Both the position numbers and the translations under genes were made by a program. From assembly GCA_963664025.2 (NCBI GenBank), contig OY760861.2, positions 1,822,741 to 1,886,740 on the forward strand: a stretch of DNA of 64,000 bases, in the 5' to 3' direction. The notes beneath the pieces were generated by a model, which was not told where the DNA came from, made no database searches, and saw only the letters and a program-made list of their open reading frames with translations. This document shows, piece after piece, positions 16,351 to 24,726 of the stretch. The first letter of the stretch is position 1. The number at the start of each line of letters is the position of its first letter. This stretch comes from Tepidiformaceae bacterium. Its GTDB lineage: Bacteria; Chloroflexota; Dehalococcoidia; Tepidiformales; Tepidiformaceae.

Positions 16351-17777
16351 CGGCGAGCGAGGGCGGCGTCATCTCCGCCGTCGCCGAGGGCTCGCTGGCG
16401 GAGGCGGCGGGCGTCGAGGCGGGGGACGCGATCGTGGCGATCGACGGGCGCGCGCTGCGCGACGCGATCGACTACCAGTTCCACGCGGCCGAGCCGGAGA
16501 TCACGGCGCGCTTCCGCAAGGCGGACGGCAGCGAGGACCTGGTCGTGTTCGAGAAAGACCCGGACGAGGACCTGGGGCTGGCCTTCGAGCGGGCGACGTG
16601 GGACGGCGTGCGGGTGTGCAACAACACCTGCTTCTTCTGCTTCCTGAAGGGCTTGCCGAAGGGGCTGCGGAAGCCGCTCTACCTGAAGGACGACGACTAC
16701 CGGCTGAGCTTCCTGCACGGCAACTTCGTGACGCTGACGAACCTGACGGAGGAGGATTGGGCGCGGCTGGAGGAGCAGCGGCTGAGCCCCCTGAACGTGT
16801 CCGTGCACGCGACGGACGTGGAGCTGCGGCGGAGGCTGCTGGGGAACGCGCGCGCGCCGGACGTGGTGGCGCAACTGGAGCGGCTGCGGGACCTGGGGCT
16901 GCACGCGCACACGCAGATCGTGCTCACGCCGGGGGTGAACGACGGCGCGGCGCTGGAGCGCTCGCTGCGCGACCTGACGGCGCTCCACCCGACGGTTCAG
17001 ACGGTGTCGGTGGTGCCGGTGGGGGCGAGCCCGCGGCTGGAGGAGTGGTCGCGGGAGCGGGACGGGATCGAGTTGCTCCCGCCGGAGCGCGAGTTCGCGC
17101 GGGGGCTGATCGCGACGGTGCGGCGCTTCCAGCGCGCCTGCGAGGCGTCGCACGGGCGCAGCGTGGTGCAGTGCGCGGACGAGTACTACCTGGCGGCGGG
17201 GCGGCCCTTGCCGGCGGCGCGTCGCTACGACGGCTTCGCCCAGTACGAGAACGGCATCGGCATGGTGCGGACGCTGCTCGACGACTGGTCGCGGCTGCGG
17301 CGGCGTCTGCGGGCGCGTCCGGCGGCGGACGTGGCGGGGAAGCGGGTCGCGATCGCGTGCGGGACGCTGATCGCGCCCACGCTGACGCGGCTGGCGGCGG
17401 AGTTCGCGGCGGAGACGGGCGTGGAGGCGAGCGTTCACCCGGTCACGAACACGCTCTTCGGGGAGCGGGTGAACGTGAGCGGGCTGCTGGGGGGCGCGGA
17501 CCTCGCGGGGGCGCTGGCGGGGGTGGAGGCGGACCTGGCGCTGGCGCCGCGCACGAGCCTCGACTACTTCGGCGAGCGCTTCCTCGACGGCATGACCGTG
17601 GCGGAGGCGGCGGCGGGCATCGGGACGCCGATCGCATTCGCGGCGTCGCTGAGCGAGGCGCTCGACGCGATGCGGGCGGGGCCGCAAATGCCGCAGCCGT
17701 CCGCCGCGCCGAACGGGGCGTTCTGGAGCGACACGGCCATCGACGTGCCGGCCGGGGGGACGTGGGCGCGGGCCTGA
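16347..17777 (+). CDS. PDZ + radical-SAM-like DUF512 family protein
   Basis: GTG start overlaps the plsC stop (GTGA). PDZ-like N-terminus (GSLAEAAGVEAGDAIVAIDG). CX3CX2C motif VCNNTCFFCF. DUF512-like C-terminal region. The 5' part of the 15585..17777 ORF is an out-of-frame artefact. Confidence 0.7.
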   Translation: MTASEGGVISAVAEGSLAEAAGVEAGDAIVAIDGRALRDAIDYQFHAAEPEITARFRKADGSEDLVVFEKDPDEDLGLAFERATWDGVRVCNNTCFFCFLKGLPKGLRKPLYLKDDDYRLSFLHGNFVTLTNLTEEDWARLEEQRLSPLNVSVHATDVELRRRLLGNARAPDVVAQLERLRDLGLHAHTQIVLTPGVNDGAALERSLRDLTALHPTVQTVSVVPVGASPRLEEWSRERDGIELLPPEREFARGLIATVRRFQRACEASHGRSVVQCADEYYLAAGRPLPAARRYDGFAQYENGIGMVRTLLDDWSRLRRRLRARPAADVAGKRVAIACGTLIAPTLTRLAAEFAAETGVEASVHPVTNTLFGERVNVSGLLGGADLAGALAGVEADLALAPRTSLDYFGERFLDGMTVAEAAAGIGTPIAFAASLSEALDAMRAGPQMPQPSAAPNGAFWSDTAIDVPAGGTWARA

Positions 17778-17797
17778 AGTCGCGCGGCGGCGGGTGG

Positions 17798-17803
17798 TAG
17801 GCT
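17798..17803 (+). promoter_or_regulatory. candidate -10 box TAGGCT, 6 nt upstream of the ferredoxin ATG (leaderless-type)
   Basis: The sequence reads gtggTAGGCTggggccATG, with no Shine-Dalgarno sequence in between. Confidence 0.4.
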
Positions 17804-17809
17804 GGGGCC

Positions 17810-18121
17810 ATGCCGCGCGTCCGCGTCGAGCCGCTGGGCATCGAGGTCGAGGCTCCCCGGGGGGAGACGGTGATGGACGCCGTCTGCGCGCAGGGGTATT
17901 TCTGGCCGATCGGGTGCGACAAGACGGGCGAGTGCACGAACTGCGCGATGGAGGTCATCTCGGGGCTGGGGCGGCTGAGCCGGATGGGGCGCTACGAGCG
18001 CGCGAACCTGATCCGGCAGCGGGGGGCGCGATCGGTCGAGGACCCGCGGCTGCGGCTGGCCTGCCAGGCGCACGTGGAGGGCGACGTGGTGGTGGAGAAG
18101 CGCGGCGTGCAGCCGGAGTAG
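17810..18121 (+). CDS. 2Fe-2S ferredoxin-like protein
   Basis: 103 aa with a Cys pattern C-x5-C-x2-C ... C (GCDKTGECTNC ... LACQAHV). Confidence 0.65.
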   Translation: MPRVRVEPLGIEVEAPRGETVMDAVCAQGYFWPIGCDKTGECTNCAMEVISGLGRLSRMGRYERANLIRQRGARSVEDPRLRLACQAHVEGDVVVEKRGVQPE

Positions 18122-18183
18122 CGCGCGATCAGCGGGATTCGCCCGAAGGGGCGGGCGCGCCTAGACTGCGGGCGGGAAGCGGC

Positions 18184-18780
18184 ATGATTTCGAGCATCCT
18201 CCTGGCGGCGGGCATGTCCACGCGCATGGGCGAGCCCAAGGCGCTCCTCGACTGGGGCGGCGAGCCGCTCATCCGCTACCAGATCCGGCAGTTGCGGGAG
18301 GCGGGGGCGGACGAGGTGGTGGTCGTGCTCGGCTACCGCGCGGACGAGATTCACCGGAAGCTGCACGGGCTCGACTACCGGAGCGTGCTCAACCCGGTCT
18401 ACCAGCTGGGGCGGGCGGGGTCGCTGCGGGCGGGGGCGAAGGCGGTGAGCCGCGAGGCGACGGCGATCGTGCTCCTGAACGTGGACCAGCCGCGCCCGGC
18501 GGACCTGATCCGGGCGGTGATCGAGGCGCACACGCCCGCGGCCAGCGCGACGAGGCCGGTCTGCGGCGAGCGGCACGGGCATCCGGTGGCGCTCTCGGGG
18601 CGGCTGCGGGGCGAACTGGCGGCGGCGAGCGACGAGGCGCGGGGGCTGCGGGGCGTGCTCGCGGCGCACGCGGACGCGATCGTGGACGTGCCCGCCGACG
18701 AGCGCTGCCTGCTGGACCTGAACACGCCGGACGAGTACGAGGCCGCCGTGGCCGCGCTCGCCGGCGACGCGCGCGCCTAA
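18184..18780 (+). CDS. MocA-like nucleotidyltransferase (molybdenum cofactor cytidylyltransferase family)
   Basis: MISSILLAAGMSTRMGEPKALLDWGGEPLI... is the NTP_transf_3-type N-terminal motif. The internal ATG at 18184 lies within the 17794..18780 ORF. Confidence 0.7.
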   Translation: MISSILLAAGMSTRMGEPKALLDWGGEPLIRYQIRQLREAGADEVVVVLGYRADEIHRKLHGLDYRSVLNPVYQLGRAGSLRAGAKAVSREATAIVLLNVDQPRPADLIRAVIEAHTPAASATRPVCGERHGHPVALSGRLRGELAAASDEARGLRGVLAAHADAIVDVPADERCLLDLNTPDEYEAAVAALAGDARA

Positions 18781-19476
18781 GTGCCCTCCCGGCGCACGTT
18801 CGAGCCCGCCTACCGGGGGGTCGTGTTCGACCTCGACGAGACGCTGATCGACAGCCGCGCGGCGTGGCGCTACACGCTGGAGGAGACGCTGATGAGCGTC
18901 GCCAACCGGCGCATCGACGCGGGGCCGCTGGCGGAGGAGTACCACCGGAGGCCGTGGCGGGAGAGCCTCGCGATCGTGCTCGACGGCGCGGAGGAGCGGC
19001 GGCGGGCGGAGGCGCTGTGCGAGCGCATCGCGGGGCGGAGCGCGATGAAGCGGCTGCTCGTGTTCGAGGGCACGGGCATGGCGCTGGACGAGATCCGGGG
19101 AGCGCACATCGAGATCGGGGCGATCTCGCGGCTGCCCCACGCGACCGCACTGAAGCAGGCGCAGGCGACGGGCGTGGACCGCTTCCTGACGGTGCTCTCG
19201 GCGACGCCGGAGGGGGAGGGCTGGGACGCGGGGGCGCGCGTCGCGGAATGCCTCGCGTACTTCGGGCGGGAGGCGGCGGCGTGCGTGTTCGTGGGCGCGG
19301 AGGCGCGCGACGGGGAGGCGGCGGCGGCGCTGGGGCTGACGGCGCTGCGGGCGGGCTGGGCGGCGGACGCGGGAGCGCGCGAGGGCGCGAATCTGGCCTC
19401 GCCCGCGGCGGCGGCGGCGGCGCTGCTGTTCGGGCTGGAGGCGGGCGGGCTATCGCCAGCGCCGAACGGGGGCTAG
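18781..19476 (+). CDS. HAD family hydrolase
   Basis: The DxD motif VVFDLDETLIDS is near the N-terminus. GTG start directly follows the upstream stop. Confidence 0.65.
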   Translation: MPSRRTFEPAYRGVVFDLDETLIDSRAAWRYTLEETLMSVANRRIDAGPLAEEYHRRPWRESLAIVLDGAEERRRAEALCERIAGRSAMKRLLVFEGTGMALDEIRGAHIEIGAISRLPHATALKQAQATGVDRFLTVLSATPEGEGWDAGARVAECLAYFGREAAACVFVGAEARDGEAAAALGLTALRAGWAADAGAREGANLASPAAAAAALLFGLEAGGLSPAPNGG

Positions 19477-19511
19477 GCTTTCCCCACCTTCACAACACGC
19501 GGGGTTTCACG

Positions 19512-20543
19512 GTGGCTACCAGGATCGGCATCAACGGCTGCACGACGAACGGGCTCGGACGGATCGGCAGGCAGGTCTTCAAGGCGATCAGCGAGCGGCA
19601 CGGGGACGCGCTCGAAGTGGTCGCCATCAACGACCTCGTGGATACGGAGACGAACGCGAACCTGCTCAAGTACGACAGCAACTACGGCCCCTGGGAGCGC
19701 GACGTGCGCGCGACGGAGGACGGCATCGCGGTGGACGGGCGGCTGGTGCGGGTGTTCAGCGAGCGCGATCCGGGGGCGATCCCGTGGGGGTCGGCGGGCG
19801 TGGAGATCGTGATCGAGTCGACGGGCTTCTTCACGGACGCGACGAAGGCGGCGGCGCACCGGCGCGACAGCGTGCGGAAGGTGATCATCAGCGCGCCCGC
19901 GCGGAACGAGGACCTGACGGTCGTGCTGGGGGTGAACGACGAGCGCTACGACCCCGCGGCGCACCACGTCATCTCGAACGCGAGCTGCACGACGAACGGG
20001 CTGGCGCCGGTGGTGAAGGTGCTGGTGGATAACTTCGGGCTGGTGAAGGGGCAGATGACGACGGTCCACAGCTACACGAGTTCGCAGAAGATCCTGGACC
20101 AGGCGGGCGGGGGCGACCCGCGCGAGATGCGCTCGGGGCCGCTCAACATCGTGCCCACCTCGACGGGGGCGGCGCGGGCGCTGCGGCTGGTCATCCCCGA
20201 GGTGGAGGGCAAGCTGGACGGGCTCGCCTACCGCGTGCCCACGCCGACGGTCTCGATCGTCGAGATCGTGGCGCTCACGGAGAAGGAGACCTCGAAGGAC
20301 GAGGTGAACGCGATCGTGGCGGAGACGGCGGGCGAGCAGATGAAGGGCATCCTCGGCATCACGGACGACCCGGTGGTCTCGATGGACCTGAAGGGCGACG
20401 AGCGGTCGAGCATCGTGGACGGGCGCTCGACGAACGTGGTCGGTGGGAACCTCGTGAAGGTGGCGGCCTGGTACGACAACGAGTGGGGCTACGCCTGCCG
20501 CCTGAGCGACCTGAGCGCGATGCTGGCGGAGCGGGGGCTGTAG
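19512..20543 (+). CDS. gap: type I glyceraldehyde-3-phosphate dehydrogenase
   Basis: VATRIGING..GRIGR, SNASCTTNGLAPV (catalytic Cys) and WYDNEWGY. GTG start in frame within the 18864..20543 ORF. Confidence 0.9.
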   Translation: MATRIGINGCTTNGLGRIGRQVFKAISERHGDALEVVAINDLVDTETNANLLKYDSNYGPWERDVRATEDGIAVDGRLVRVFSERDPGAIPWGSAGVEIVIESTGFFTDATKAAAHRRDSVRKVIISAPARNEDLTVVLGVNDERYDPAAHHVISNASCTTNGLAPVVKVLVDNFGLVKGQMTTVHSYTSSQKILDQAGGGDPREMRSGPLNIVPTSTGAARALRLVIPEVEGKLDGLAYRVPTPTVSIVEIVALTEKETSKDEVNAIVAETAGEQMKGILGITDDPVVSMDLKGDERSSIVDGRSTNVVGGNLVKVAAWYDNEWGYACRLSDLSAMLAERGL

Positions 20544-20591
20544 GGGGGCTGGCTCAGCGGCGATCGGGCGGCGATCGGACAGGATCAGCGC

Positions 20592-20948
20592 ATGGAAGCG
20601 TTCAGCGTTCCGGTGCGGCTTTCCGGGGTGAACGGCGGGGCCTCCATGGACGTCGATGCGACCGTCGACACGGGGTCCGCCTACACGACCCTGCCCGCGA
20701 GCCTGCTGCGGGAGCTGGGCGTCGAGCCGTTTGACCGGCGGCGCTTCATCCTGGCCGACGGCCACATCGTGGAGACCGAGATCGGCGAAGCGAGGGCCAC
20801 GCTCGGCGACAAGAGCGTGACGACCGTCGTCGCGTTCGGGGAGGAGGGGTCGCCGCCGCTGCTGGGCGCGTACACGCTGGAGGGGCTGGGGCTGGCCGTG
20901 GACCCGATCCCGCAGCGGCTCGTTCCCGCCCGGCTCATCATGTACTGA
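20592..20948 (+). CDS. retropepsin-like (clan AA) aspartic protease family protein
   Basis: 118 aa with ATVDTGSAYTTLP (D-T-G-S active-site signature). Paralogue of 36371..36799. Confidence 0.65.
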   Translation: MEAFSVPVRLSGVNGGASMDVDATVDTGSAYTTLPASLLRELGVEPFDRRRFILADGHIVETEIGEARATLGDKSVTTVVAFGEEGSPPLLGAYTLEGLGLAVDPIPQRLVPARLIMY

Positions 20949-20958
20949 GGGGCTGGCG

Positions 20959-20964
20959 TAGACT
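20959..20964 (+). promoter_or_regulatory. candidate -10 box TAGACT, 7 nt upstream of the ffh ATG (leaderless-type)
   Basis: The sequence reads ggcgTAGACTctgccgcATG, with no SD sequence. Confidence 0.4.
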
Positions 20965-20971
20965 CTGCCGC

Positions 20972-22297
20972 ATGTTCGAGGCGCTGACGGAGAAGCTGCA
21001 GGGGGCGTTCCAGCGCTTCGGGAGCCGCGGGGTGGTCTCGGAGGAGGACCTGGACCGGGTCCTGCGGGACGTGCGCCTGGCGATGCTCGAGGCGGACGTG
21101 AACTTCCGCGTGGTGCGCCAGTTCACGTCGCGCGTGCGGGAGCAGGCGCTGGGCGCGGACGTGCTCCAGAGCCTGACGCCCGCGCAGCAGGTCATCGACA
21201 TCGTCAACCGTGAGTTGACGGGCATCCTCGGGGGGGAGGCGGCGGGGCTGGCGAGCGCCTCGCAGCCGCCGTCGGTGATCCTGCTGGTGGGGCTGCAGGG
21301 TTCGGGCAAGACGACGACGGCGGCGAAGCTGGCGGCGCGGCTGAAGAGCGACGGCAAGCGCCCCTTCCTCATCGCCTGCGACATCTACCGGCCGGCGGCG
21401 GTGGAGCAGCTGGTGACGCTGGCGGAGAGCATCGACGTGCCCATCCACGAGGAGGGCACGAAGGCGAAGCCGGCGGCGATCGCGGAGCGGGGCATCGCGC
21501 AGGCGCGGCGCGCGGGGGCGACGCACGCGCTGGTGGATACCGCGGGCCGCCTGCACGTGGACGAGACGATGATGGCGGAGGTGGCGGACCTGCGGAAACG
21601 GCTCGGCCCGGACGAGGTGCTGTTCGTGGCGGACGCGATGGCGGGGCAGGACGCGGTGACGGCGGCCAAGGAGTTCCACGAGCAGGTCGAGATCACGGGC
21701 GTGGTGCTGACGAAGCTGGACGGAGACGCGCGCGGGGGGGCGGCGCTCAGCATCCGCTCGGTGCTGGGCGTGCCGGTCAAGTTCATCGGCGTGGGGGAGG
21801 GGGCGGACGCGCTGGAGCCGTTCCACCCGGACCGGCTGGCGGGGCGCATCCTCGGCATGGGCGACATGCTCAGCCTGATCGACAAGGCGAAGGCGACGAT
21901 CGGGGAGGCGGACACGGAGCGCTTCAACGAGAAGCTGAAGAGCGGCGCCTTCGACCTCCAGGACTTCGTCGACCAGCTGCGGCAGGTGCGGGAGATGGGG
22001 CCGATCGGGCAGCTCGTGCAGATGCTGCCGGGCTTCAACTCGATCAAGTCGCAGCTGAACGTGGATTCGCTGGACGATTCGTACTTCGGGCACGCGGAGG
22101 CGATCGTGCTCTCGATGACGGCGTGGGAGCGGCGGCACCCGGACCGCATCGACGGGAAGCGGCGGCGGCGCATCGCGGCGGGCAGCGGGACGATGCCGGC
22201 GGACGTGAACCGGCTGCTGAAGCAGTTCTTCGAGGCGCGCAAGCTGGCGAAGCAGATCAGCACGGGGCGGATGCCGGCGATCCCGGGGATGCGCTAG
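20972..22297 (+). CDS. ffh: signal recognition particle protein
   Basis: MFEALTEKLQGAFQRF..., GLQGSGKTTTAAKLA, DTAGRLH, LTKLDGDARGGAALS and a Met-rich M domain. Confidence 0.95.
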   Translation: MFEALTEKLQGAFQRFGSRGVVSEEDLDRVLRDVRLAMLEADVNFRVVRQFTSRVREQALGADVLQSLTPAQQVIDIVNRELTGILGGEAAGLASASQPPSVILLVGLQGSGKTTTAAKLAARLKSDGKRPFLIACDIYRPAAVEQLVTLAESIDVPIHEEGTKAKPAAIAERGIAQARRAGATHALVDTAGRLHVDETMMAEVADLRKRLGPDEVLFVADAMAGQDAVTAAKEFHEQVEITGVVLTKLDGDARGGAALSIRSVLGVPVKFIGVGEGADALEPFHPDRLAGRILGMGDMLSLIDKAKATIGEADTERFNEKLKSGAFDLQDFVDQLRQVREMGPIGQLVQMLPGFNSIKSQLNVDSLDDSYFGHAEAIVLSMTAWERRHPDRIDGKRRRRIAAGSGTMPADVNRLLKQFFEARKLAKQISTGRMPAIPGMR

Positions 22298-22851
22298 CAG
22301 TCGTCCGCGGGCTCCGAGGGTTCCATCGGCTCGGAGGGCTCGTCGTCGCCGTCGCCCGGTGGGCATGTGGCCGTCGCGGTCGGCTGGGTCGTTGCGGTGG
22401 GGGTTGTCGGGTTGGACGGCTCCATGGGCTCGGCGGGATCGTCGTCGCCGTTGGCGGGGGTCGGCGTGGGGGTGGCTGTGGGGGTTGGGGTCGCGGTGGG
22501 CGTGGGCGTTGGAACGCAGTCGGCCTCCATGGGCTCGGCTGGTTCTGCTGGCCCGTCGTTATCGCTGGGAGGGCAAGGGACGGGAGTGGGCGTGGGCGCG
22601 GTCACCTTGATGGCCAGGTTGCCGAAGCGGTAGTGGGGCACGCCGCCGCGGAACCGGACGCGCCGCGTTTCGCTCCAGTCGCCGCCGTCGATGCGGGCGT
22701 TCACGTAGACGAGCGAGGGGTTCTCGACGTTCTGCCAGACGTACAGCTCCACGGTCTGGGGGCCGGAGTTCGCGAGGGCGTTGACGGCGACGCCAGCGGT
22801 CACGGCGAGGATCAGGGCTACGGCGAGGGCGCAGATGGCGACGTTCTTCAT
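22294..22851 (-). CDS. secreted hypothetical protein with Pro/Thr linkers and repeated acidic D-x-x-P-x-EPMEP motifs
   Basis: Internal ATG at 22851 (MKNVAICALAVALILAV signal peptide) within the 22294..23118 ORF. There are three CPP/ANG...D(D/N)DxPxEPxEPME repeats. Confidence 0.55.
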   Translation of the reverse strand: MKNVAICALAVALILAVTAGVAVNALANSGPQTVELYVWQNVENPSLVYVNARIDGGDWSETRRVRFRGGVPHYRFGNLAIKVTAPTPTPVPCPPSDNDGPAEPAEPMEADCVPTPTPTATPTPTATPTPTPANGDDDPAEPMEPSNPTTPTATTQPTATATCPPGDGDDEPSEPMEPSEPADDC

Positions 22852-22992
22852 GGCGTTCCTCCAGAAAGTGCAGGACATAGGGAGCGCGACAGCACGCGCA
22901 CGACGGCGGCAGCGTAGCGCCTTGCGCCTTTGCGGGCGCGTAGGCGGGGGTTGGGGTAGCATCGCGGGCAGCGAACAGAAGAGGAGCGGCGC

Positions 22993-23385
22993 GTGCTGCG
23001 TATCCGGTTGCGACGAGTGGGGAAGAAGGGCCAGGCGTACTACCGCATGGTGGTCGCCGATCAGCGGTTTCCGCGCGACGGGCGGTTCCTGGAATCGCTG
23101 GGCGCGTACGACCCGCACAAGAACCCGCCCGAGTCGAGCCTGAACGCGGAGCGCGCGCGCGAGTGGCTGTCGAAGGGGGCGCAGCCCTCGGAGGCGGCGG
23201 AGAAGATCCTGCGCCGCGCGGGCATCCTCAACGGCGCGAACGGCGCGCCCGCGGCGGAAGCGGCTCCCGCCGGTGAAGCGGACGCGGACGCGCCCGCCGA
23301 GGGCGAAGCCGCGGACGAGACGGCGACCGACGCGAGCGAGGCCGAGGCTGAGCCCGCGCTCGCGGCCGAAGGGGCGGAGGCCTAG
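22993..23385 (+). CDS. rpsP: 30S ribosomal protein S16 with Ala/Glu-rich C-terminal extension
   Basis: MLRIRLRRVGKKGQAYYRMVVADQRFPRDGRFLESLGAYDP. GAGGAG RBS upstream of the GTG. Confidence 0.9.
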   Translation: MLRIRLRRVGKKGQAYYRMVVADQRFPRDGRFLESLGAYDPHKNPPESSLNAERAREWLSKGAQPSEAAEKILRRAGILNGANGAPAAEAAPAGEADADAPAEGEAADETATDASEAEAEPALAAEGAEA

Positions 23386-23387
23386 CG

Positions 23388-23627
23388 ATGTCGATGATGA
23401 GCAACCTGATCGAGTACATCGCGAAGGCGCTGGTGGATGAGCCGGACGAGGTGCGCGTGACCGAGCACGACGACCACGGGCGCATCATCGTGCACCTGGA
23501 CGTGGCGGACGACGACATCGGGCGGGTGATCGGGCGCGACGGGCGGATCGCGACGGCGATGCGTTCGCTGATGAAGGTGGCGGCCATCCGCGAGGATGAG
23601 CGCGTCGGCCTCGAGATCGGGGACTGA
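23388..23627 (+). CDS. KH domain RNA-binding protein (YlqC/UPF0109 family)
   Basis: LIEYIAKALVDEPDEVRV...DIGRVIGRDGRIATAMRSL. Conserved position between rpsP and rimM. Confidence 0.85.
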   Translation: MSMMSNLIEYIAKALVDEPDEVRVTEHDDHGRIIVHLDVADDDIGRVIGRDGRIATAMRSLMKVAAIREDERVGLEIGD

Positions 23628-23692
23628 CCGCGAGCGCGGCGACGCCTCCCCCTCCTTCCCCCGGCGGACCCTCCGAGCCCCGCGACGGCTTC

Positions 23693-24181
23693 GTGGCGGT
23701 GGGGCGCGTGCTGCGTCCGCACGGGACCGGGGGCGAGTTGCGGGTGATGCCCTTCAACCCGGACCTGCCCAACCTGCGGGCGGGCGGCGAGGTGTACCTG
23801 CTGGGGAAGCGGCGGCGCATCGAGCGCGTGCGTCCGGACCGCGGGCGGGCGCTCGTGCGAATCGCGGGGCTGACGCGGCGCGACGACGCGGAGGAGGCGC
23901 GCGGGGCGCTGCTGGAGGTGCCCGAGGACGAAGTCGCGCGGGAGCCAGGCGCGCACTTCGTCCATGAGATCGTGGGGCTGGAGGTGGTGACGGAGGACGG
24001 GCGCCGCCTCGGGCGCGTGAGCGAGGTGCTGAGCACGGGCGCGAACGACGTGTACGTGGTGGAGGGGCCGTCGGGGGAGACGCTGCTGCCGGCGATCGCG
24101 TCGGTGGTGCAAGCGGTGGATGTCGCCGGGGGGGCGCTTCGCATCACAAATGAGGCGGTTTCCCGCGACGAATCGGCATAA
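23693..24181 (+). CDS. rimM: ribosome maturation factor RimM
   Basis: VGRVLRPHGTGGELRV..., a PRC-barrel-like C-terminus, and synteny with rpsP. The true start may lie slightly upstream. Confidence 0.85.
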   Translation: MAVGRVLRPHGTGGELRVMPFNPDLPNLRAGGEVYLLGKRRRIERVRPDRGRALVRIAGLTRRDDAEEARGALLEVPEDEVAREPGAHFVHEIVGLEVVTEDGRRLGRVSEVLSTGANDVYVVEGPSGETLLPAIASVVQAVDVAGGALRITNEAVSRDESA

Positions 24182-24300
24182 GACCGTTGAAAGGGCTCGT
24201 CGCGGGCGCTAGACTCGCAGGCGTCTAGCACAGGCAAGCGGCCAGCGGGCGGGGTGTTTCCCGGGGGTTGCGCGCCGAGACCCAGTCGAGGGGGAAGGCG

Positions 24301-24471
24301 ATGGCGAAGGCCGAGTCGCTTCAGATCGTAGGCAGTTGCGTCCACCACTGGATCCTGGACCCGCCCAGAGGCGAACTCACCTTCGGACGCTGCAAGAAGT
24401 GCGGCGAAGAGCGCCAGTTCACGGGCGAGACGAGCTACCGCATCGGGCGTGGCTCCTCGCGCCGCCGCTGA
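24301..24471 (+). CDS. small hypothetical zinc-ribbon protein (56 aa)
   Basis: MAKAESLQIVGSCVHHW...GRCKKCGEERQF has C-x-H-H ... C-x2-C ligands. GGGGGAAGG lies upstream of the ATG. No family recognised. Confidence 0.4.
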   Translation: MAKAESLQIVGSCVHHWILDPPRGELTFGRCKKCGEERQFTGETSYRIGRGSSRRR

Positions 24472-24577
24472 GGCGCGGCGGCCCTCCTCCTTCCCCAGAC
24501 CCCTTGTGGCCGGTGGCGTGCGTTCGCTGGGCCACTAGCCACCAGCGGGCAGTCACGGGTACCATCGCGGCAGGCGT

Positions 24578-24653
24578 GGGGACATAGCTCAGTTGGGAGA
24601 GCGCAGCGTTCGCAATGCTGAGGTCGGGGGTTCGACTCCCCCTGTCTCCACCA
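24578..24653 (+). tRNA. tRNA-Ala (anticodon CGC), CCA encoded
   Basis: Manual cloverleaf: acceptor GGGGACA/TGTCTCC with G3:U70, D-arm GCTC-AGTTGGGA-GAGC, anticodon arm CAGCG-TTCGCAA-TGCTG, T-arm GGGGG-TTCGACT-CCCCC, then ACCA. Confidence 0.9.
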
Positions 24654-24726
24654 GCCACAGACCGATCCCGGGCGCGAGCGCGCCGCGCCGGCGGCGGGGA
24701 AGGCCACGCGCCCGAAGGAGAGAGCG

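Noticed and set aside
15585-17777. 730-aa ORF suggesting a much longer DUF512 protein
   Set aside because: Its first ~250 codons overlap cmk/plsC out of frame and are R/G/A-rich. The recognisable PDZ/radical-SAM sequence starts at the GTG at 16347, which is coupled to the plsC stop.
18864-20543. 559-aa ORF implying a long N-terminal extension of GAPDH
   Set aside because: The upstream ~215 codons overlap the HAD hydrolase gene out of frame and are G/A/R-rich. GAPDH homology begins at the GTG at 19512.
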